A stretch of DNA of 64,000 nt from Candidatus Oxydemutator sp. (GTDB lineage Bacteria; Pseudomonadota; Gammaproteobacteria; Poriferisulfidales; Oxydemutatoraceae): NCBI GenBank assembly GCA_965203445.1, contig OZ241883.1, positions 1,664,001 to 1,728,000 of the forward strand. Reading direction: 5' to 3'. The position numbers and the translations under genes were made by a program. A model generated the notes under the pieces. That model saw only the letters and a list, made by a program, of their open reading frames with translations, searched no databases and was not told the origin of the DNA. Positions 58,864 through 64,000 of this stretch are shown here, in pieces; position 1 is the stretch's first letter; every line of letters begins with the position of its first letter.

Positions 58864-58887
58864 GGGAACGCCCCCACGGGCGTTCCC
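58864..58887. repeat. REP-like hairpin, copy 5 (ffh-purF intergenic)
   Basis: gggaacgccc-ccac-gggcgttccc. Confidence 0.85.
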
Positions 58888-58921
58888 GATGTATAATATC
58901 TCCATCACTCCACACAAGCCT

Positions 58922-60418
58922 ATGTGCGGTATTCTCGGTATCTACAGCCACGCCCCGATCAGCCAGTCCTTGTACGACGGTCTGGTGCTGTTGCAGCATC
59001 GCGGCCAGGACGCCGCCGGCATCGTCACCTGCGACGGCGGCAGGATCTACCAGCGCAAGGGCAACGGCCTGGTGCGCGACGTGTTCGATTCCGGCCAGCT
59101 GCACGAATTGCGTGGGTGCGTCGGCATCGGCCACGTGCGTTATCCGACCGCGGGCAGCAGCAGCGAGTCCGAGGCGCAGCCGTTTTACGTCAACAGCCCG
59201 TACGGCATCACCCTCGCGCACAACGGCAACCTGACCAATTCCGAGCGGTTGGTCGTCGAGCTGTTCGACCAGGACCGGCGCCACATCAACACCGATTCCG
59301 ACTCCGAGATTCTGCTGAACGTGCTCGCGCACGAGCTGCTGAACCAGCGCTCGCTGGTGCCCGGGCCGCGCGAGATTTTCAACGCGGTGCGCCGCGTCCA
59401 CGACCGCTGCCGCGGCGCCTACGCCGCGGTTGGGCTGCTCGCCGGCCACGGCTTGCTGGCGTTCCGCGACCCGCACGGCATCCGCCCGCTGATCTACGGC
59501 GTGCGCGACGGCGCCGCCGGGCCCGAGTACATGTTCGCGTCGGAGAGCGCCGCGTTGCACGCCTTCGGCTTCGAGATCGCGCGCGACGTGGCACCCGGCG
59601 AGGCCATCTACATAGACGGCGACGGCGCGTTCTACGCCGAGCAGTGCGCGCGCGCGGCGCGCTACAACGGTTGTATCTTCGAATACGTCTATTTCGCGCG
59701 CCCCGACTCGGTGCTCGACCGGGTGTTCGTCCACCAGGCGCGCATGCGCATGGGCCGCAGCCTCGCGCGCAAAGTCGAGAAACAATGGCCCGACCACGAC
59801 ATAGACGTAGTGATACCGGTGCCCGACACCAGCCGCACCGCGGCCCTCGAGTTCGCGGTGCGCCTGGGCGTCTGCTACCGCGAGGGCTTCATCAAGAACC
59901 GCTACATCGGGCGCACCTTCATCATGCCGTGGCAGACCGAGCGCCAGAAGTCGGTGCGCCAGAAACTGAACCCGCTGGAGCCCGAGTTCAAGGGCAAGAA
60001 CGTGCTGTTGGTGGACGACTCTATCGTGCGCGGCACGACCTCGAAGCAGATCATCCAGATGGCGCGCGACGCCGGCGCCAACAAGGTCTATTTCATGTCG
60101 GCGTCGCCGCCGGTGCGCCACCCGAACATCTACGGCATAGACATGCCGGTGGCCGGCGAACTGATCGCGCACGAGCGCTCGGTCGAGGAGGTGCGCCGCG
60201 CGATCGGCGCCGACCGTCTGATCTACCAGAACCTGAAGGCGTTGGTGGACTCGGTCAAGGAAGGCAACCCGGCGCTGAAGAAGTTCGACTGCTCGGTGTT
60301 CGACGGGCGCTACGTGGTCGAACCGCAGCCGGACTACTTCGCCCGGCTCGAACGTCGCCGCCGCGAACTCGCGCGGCGCCCGCATGGACGCGCATCGTCG
60401 CTGCGCAGCGTCGGCTGA
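58922..60418 (+). CDS. purF: Amidophosphoribosyltransferase
   Basis: MCGI N-terminus, [26 protein letters not shown]. Confidence 0.97.
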   Translation: MCGILGIYSHAPISQSLYDGLVLLQHRGQDAAGIVTCDGGRIYQRKGNGLVRDVFDSGQLHELRGCVGIGHVRYPTAGSSSESEAQPFYVNSPYGITLAHNGNLTNSERLVVELFDQDRRHINTDSDSEILLNVLAHELLNQRSLVPGPREIFNAVRRVHDRCRGAYAAVGLLAGHGLLAFRDPHGIRPLIYGVRDGAAGPEYMFASESAALHAFGFEIARDVAPGEAIYIDGDGAFYAEQCARAARYNGCIFEYVYFARPDSVLDRVFVHQARMRMGRSLARKVEKQWPDHDIDVVIPVPDTSRTAALEFAVRLGVCYREGFIKNRYIGRTFIMPWQTERQKSVRQKLNPLEPEFKGKNVLLVDDSIVRGTTSKQIIQMARDAGANKVYFMSASPPVRHPNIYGIDMPVAGELIAHERSVEEVRRAIGADRLIYQNLKALVDSVKEGNPALKKFDCSVFDGRYVVEPQPDYFARLERRRRELARRPHGRASSLRSVG

Positions 60419-60476
60419 GCGGCGCCGGGCGTCGCCGCTGCGTCCGTCGCTGCGCCCGAACTTCCGCTGGCGCGGT

Positions 60477-61007
60477 ATGGCGCAACGCCTGTGCCGCAGG
60501 TATCCGCGGCGCGCGCGCCTGCCGCTGGCGTTGGTGGACACCGCGTCGCAACGCCTGTGCGTCGTCTTCGGGCGCTCTCTGCTGGCGTGCTATCCGGTGT
60601 CGACGTCGCGCTACGGCGTCGGTTCCGCGTCGGGGTCGTACCGGACGCCGCCGGGGGCGCATTACGTGTTTGACAAGATCGGCGCCGGCCAGCCGCCGGG
60701 CGCGCGCTTCGTCGCGCGCGCGCCGACCGGAGAGGTGCTCGAGGTGCGGCCGCGCCGCGCCGCCGCAAGCGACGTCATCTGCACGCGCATCCTGCGCCTG
60801 GCCGGACTTGTGCCGCGCGTCAACCGCGGCGGCGGGCGCGACTCGCTTGGGCGCCACGTCTATATACACGGCACCACGGACGAGGGGCGCGTCGGCGCGC
60901 GCGCCTCGATTGGCTGCATCCGCATGAGAAACGACGACGTCGTCGCGCTGTTCGACGCGCTGCCGCGCGGCGCGCTGGTGCATATCGCGCCCGGCGCGCC
61001 GAAGTGA
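60477..61007 (+). CDS. L,D-transpeptidase (YkuD) family protein
   Basis: YPVSTS, TPPG, YIHGT..ASIGCIRM; start uncertain. Confidence 0.85.
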   Translation: MAQRLCRRYPRRARLPLALVDTASQRLCVVFGRSLLACYPVSTSRYGVGSASGSYRTPPGAHYVFDKIGAGQPPGARFVARAPTGEVLEVRPRRAAASDVICTRILRLAGLVPRVNRGGGRDSLGRHVYIHGTTDEGRVGARASIGCIRMRNDDVVALFDALPRGALVHIAPGAPK

Positions 61008-62257
61008 GCGCGCCGCCCGCGGCGCGGCGCGCGCGCGCGCACCTGTCCGAAATTTTCGACGCCGGCCTTGCGCGCGTGCGCGGGCGCGACGCGGTGCGCT
61101 CCTACTTCGCGCGCAACCCGCCGCCGCCGGCGCCGCTGCATCTGGTCGCGGTCGGCAAGGCCGCGTCGGCGATGACCTTGGGGGCGCTCGACGCGCTCGA
61201 CGCGCGCCTCGAGGCCGCTCTGGTCGTCACCAAGCACGGCCACGTGGACGACGAACTCGCGCGCACCGGCGCCGTCGAGTGTCTCGAATCGGATCATCCG
61301 GTTCCGGGCGCGGCCAGCCTGGCCGCGGGCGCCGTGCTGCTCGAGCGCGTGGATGCGTGGGCGGCGCGCCCCGGCGCGCGCTTTTTGTTTTTGCTGTCGG
61401 GCGGCGCTTCGAGCCTGGTCGAGGTGCCGGCGCCGCCGCTGCAACTGGACGACCTTGCGAGGATTACCCGGAGCCTGCTTGAAAACGGCCTCGACGTCGC
61501 ACGCATGAACACGGTGCGGCGCGCGCTCTCGCGTATCAAGGGCGGGCGGCTTGCGGCGCACCTGCGCGGTCGCCCGACGCTCAACCTGCTGATCTCGGAC
61601 GTGCCGGGCGACGACCCGGGCGTCGTCGGTTCGGGCCTGTTGACGCCGGTGCGCGAGACCCTGCGCCTGGAACGGTACCCGGCGCCGGTCGCCGCGGTGC
61701 TGCGCGCGACGCCGCTCGCGCCAGTGCCCGAAGAGGCCGCGTTCGCCTCGATTGCGACGCGCATCGTCGCGCGGCTGGAGGACGCGAAACGGGCGTGTGC
61801 GCGCAAGGCCCGGGCGCTCGGATACGAGACCGCCGTCGCCGGCGCTTTCCTGGGCGGCGACGCCAACGAAGCCGCGCGCATGGTCTGCCGCGATTTGTGC
61901 GCGGGCGTGCCCGGCGTGCATATATGGGGCGGCGAGACCCTGATGCACCTGCCGCCCGATCCGGGGCGCGGCGGCCGCAACCAGCACTTGGCGCTGGCGG
62001 CGGCGGTGGCGCTCCGGGGGCGCGACGATCTGTTCGTGCTGGCGGCCGGCACCGACGGCACCGACGGCCCGACCGCGGCCGCCGGCGGCCTGGTGGACGG
62101 CGCCACCGTCGCGCGCGGCGAGGCCGCCGGGCGCTCCGCCGAGAACAGCCTGGCGCGCGCCGACAGCGGCACTTTTCTCGAAGCCGCCGGCGACCTCGTC
62201 GTGACCGGCCCGACCGGCACCAACGTGATGGATCTGGTCATCGGCTTGCGCCGGTGA
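61004..62257 (+). CDS. Glycerate kinase type 2 (DUF4147/MOFRL, TtuD-like)
   Basis: GKAA, LSGGASSL, IKGGRL, ISDVPGDD, GGET, GRGGRNQ, TDGTDG, TGTNVMD. Confidence 0.9.
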   Translation: MSAPPAARRARAHLSEIFDAGLARVRGRDAVRSYFARNPPPPAPLHLVAVGKAASAMTLGALDALDARLEAALVVTKHGHVDDELARTGAVECLESDHPVPGAASLAAGAVLLERVDAWAARPGARFLFLLSGGASSLVEVPAPPLQLDDLARITRSLLENGLDVARMNTVRRALSRIKGGRLAAHLRGRPTLNLLISDVPGDDPGVVGSGLLTPVRETLRLERYPAPVAAVLRATPLAPVPEEAAFASIATRIVARLEDAKRACARKARALGYETAVAGAFLGGDANEAARMVCRDLCAGVPGVHIWGGETLMHLPPDPGRGGRNQHLALAAAVALRGRDDLFVLAAGTDGTDGPTAAAGGLVDGATVARGEAAGRSAENSLARADSGTFLEAAGDLVVTGPTGTNVMDLVIGLRR

Positions 62258-62326
62258 TGAAAGGAGGATCGGGTATTGCGGCGTGCGTGTCCGAGGCGCC
62301 GGCCCAAAGGCGCCGCGTTTCTTCCG

Positions 62327-63040
62327 CTACAGGGTCAGTTGGGTGGGGCGCCCCTGGCGTAGTTCGAGCACGCTGCCTTGTTCGTACCAGTCGCCCAGGA
62401 CTATGCGCTGCGCGGGCTCGCCGTCCACCGTCAGGTCGTGGATCGCGGGGCGGTGGGTATGGCCGTGAATCAGGCGGCGCACCGCGTAGCCGCGCATGTA
62501 GGCGATGACGGTGTCCTGGTTGACGTCCATAATCGCGGCCGGCTTGTGCTCGATTGCGCGCCGGCTGCCGCGCCGCAGCGTCTTGGCCAGGCGACGGCGC
62601 CAGCCCGGCCTCAGACTTTGTATCGCCGCCAGCGTCAGCGGATGGCGCACGATGCGCCGGTAGCGCAGGTAGGCGGTATCGTCGGTGCACAGCAGGTCGC
62701 CGTGCATCAGCAGCGTCGGGCCGGCGTTCGTGTTGATGACGTGCGCGTCCGGCAGCAGGCGGCAGCCGGTGCGGCGCGCGAAGCGCTCGCCGATCAGAAA
62801 GTCGCGGTTGCCGGCGATGAAGTGCACCGGCGTGCTTCTGGTCAGCGCCGCCAGCGCCTCGACGACGCCCTCGAACTCGCGCGCCGGGGCGTCGTCTCCG
62901 ATCCAGTAGTCGAACAGGTCGCCCAGGATGTACAGCCGCTCGGCGTGCCTCGCGCGCCCCCGCAGAAAGCCGACGAAGCGCTCGATGGCGTGCGGCCGCC
63001 CGGGACTGAGGTGGCAGTCCGAGACGAACAGCTCGGCCAT
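62327..63040 (-). CDS. lpxH: UDP-2,3-diacylglucosamine hydrolase
   Basis: SDCHL, LGDLFDYWIGDD, GNRDF, HGDLLCTDD, IHGHTHRP, LGDW. Confidence 0.95.
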   Translation of the reverse strand: MAELFVSDCHLSPGRPHAIERFVGFLRGRARHAERLYILGDLFDYWIGDDAPAREFEGVVEALAALTRSTPVHFIAGNRDFLIGERFARRTGCRLLPDAHVINTNAGPTLLMHGDLLCTDDTAYLRYRRIVRHPLTLAAIQSLRPGWRRRLAKTLRRGSRRAIEHKPAAIMDVNQDTVIAYMRGYAVRRLIHGHTHRPAIHDLTVDGEPAQRIVLGDWYEQGSVLELRQGRPTQLTL

Positions 63041-63622
63041 TCAGTCGCCCGTGACGGTCGCCTTGTATATCGTGACGGTCTTTTTGGGCACGTCGTTGTA
63101 AGGGCCGACCGTACCCGTCTCCAGCGCGGCGATTTTGTCCACGACCTCCAAGCCCTCGATGACCCTGCCGAACACGCAGTAGCCCCAGCCTTGCGCGTTC
63201 TTCTCCTTGAAGTCGAGAAAGGCGTTGTCTTTCAGGTTGATAAAGAACTGCGAGGTCGCCGAGTGCGGGTCCGAGGTGCGCGCCATCGCGACCGTGCCGC
63301 GCAGATTGCGCAGGCCGTTGTCGGCCTCGTTTTTTATCGGCGGGCGCGTCTGGCGCTGTTGCATGTCTTTCTTGAAGCCGCCGCCCTGGATCATGAAGTC
63401 GGCGATCACGCGGTGGAAGATCAGGTCCTTGTAAAACCCGTCGCGCGCGTAGGCGATGAAGTTTTCGCTAGTGGCCGGCGCTTTTTGCCGGTCGAGCTCG
63501 ATGACGATGTCGCCGTGGTTGGTCACCAGGCGCACGCGCGGGGCGCCGTCGGTACACGCCGCGTTGCCGGCGACGAGCAGCGTGCAGCAGGCGGCAGCCA
63601 TGTGTCGGAATAATTTGGGCAT
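63041..63622 (-). CDS. Cyclophilin-type peptidyl-prolyl isomerase (PpiA/PpiB) with N-terminal signal-like segment
   Basis: FHRVI..FMIQGGG, AMARTSDPHSATSQFFIN, GYCVFG; directly upstream of lpxH. Confidence 0.92.
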   Translation of the reverse strand: MPKLFRHMAAACCTLLVAGNAACTDGAPRVRLVTNHGDIVIELDRQKAPATSENFIAYARDGFYKDLIFHRVIADFMIQGGGFKKDMQQRQTRPPIKNEADNGLRNLRGTVAMARTSDPHSATSQFFINLKDNAFLDFKEKNAQGWGYCVFGRVIEGLEVVDKIAALETGTVGPYNDVPKKTVTIYKATVTGD

Positions 63623-63796
63623 AGGAAAAATCCGCTGGTCTGGTACTGGCAAGAGAGCGGATACTATCCGTTTTCGGCGCCGGTTTCCACCCGCCGGGCC
63701 GATGGGAGAAGCGCCCGGGAAGCGCCCGCGCCCCGATTTTGCCGTGGCGCAGCCGCCGGCCCGGGGCGCCTCGCCCGTGGGCTATAATCACCGCTT

Positions 63797-63873
63797 CGGG
63801 GCATAGCGCAGTCTGGCAGCGCGCCTGCTTTGGGAGCAGGAGGTCGGAGGTTCAAGTCCTCTTGCCCCGACCA
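63797..63873 (+). tRNA. tRNA-Pro(TGG)
   Basis: CGGGGCA..TGCCCCG acceptor stem, TTTGGGA loop, GGTTCAAGTCC, CCA end; TATAAT upstream. Confidence 0.95.
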
Positions 63874-63875
63874 TC

Positions 63876-63952
63876 GCGCCTGTAGCTCATCTGGATAGAG
63901 CATCGGTCTTCTAAACCGGAGGTAGCAGGTTCGAGTCCTGCCAGGCGCGCCA
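63876..63952 (+). tRNA. tRNA-Arg(TCT)
   Basis: GCGCCTG..CAGGCGC acceptor stem, CTTCTAA loop, GGTTCGAGTCC, CCA end. Confidence 0.95.
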
Positions 63953-63954
63953 GA

Positions 63955-64000
63955 GGTGGGCGTAGCTCAGTTGGTAGAGCACAGGATTGTGGCTCCTGAG
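63955..64000 (+). tRNA. tRNA-His(GTG), truncated by the window end
   Basis: GGTGGGCGTAGCTCAGTTGGTAGAGC, anticodon loop TTGTGGC; Pro-Arg-His cluster order. Confidence 0.88.

Noticed and set aside
63797-64000. tRNA-anchored integration site for the island
   Set aside because: No duplicated tRNA 3' end was seen, and housekeeping genes lie between the island and the tRNAs.

Overview
High-GC gammaproteobacterial chromosome segment, resembling an invertebrate or sponge symbiont (inference). The left flank carries galU, dxs-ispA-xseB, a rubrerythrin/Fe-S/DUF3501 operon, fdhD, an MMPL transporter, a corC-like gene and ypjD. The right flank carries ffh, purF, an L,D-transpeptidase, glycerate kinase, lpxH, a PPIase and tRNA-Pro/Arg/His. 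A layered accessory island of about 44.6 kb separates the normally adjacent ypjD and ffh genes. It holds an 11,257-aa surface protein (Sec signal, Calx-beta, GLUG-type, Ig and FN3 modules, GlyGly-CTERM tail), three coiled-coil PD-(D/E)XK paralogs bracketed by repeats, CCDC90/DUF1640-like coiled-coil membrane proteins, an orphan m6A methyltransferase and an AlkB/dual-OB/DUF488 operon. The most striking feature is a 1,262-bp element (56176-57437) whose only gene is an intact TnpB. It is bounded by perfect 25-bp terminal inverted repeats and an exact 8-bp target-site duplication, which are DDE (IS1595-like) ends rather than IS200/IS605 ends, and it is inserted in the probable ffh promoter. All calls are by eye; no searches were run.
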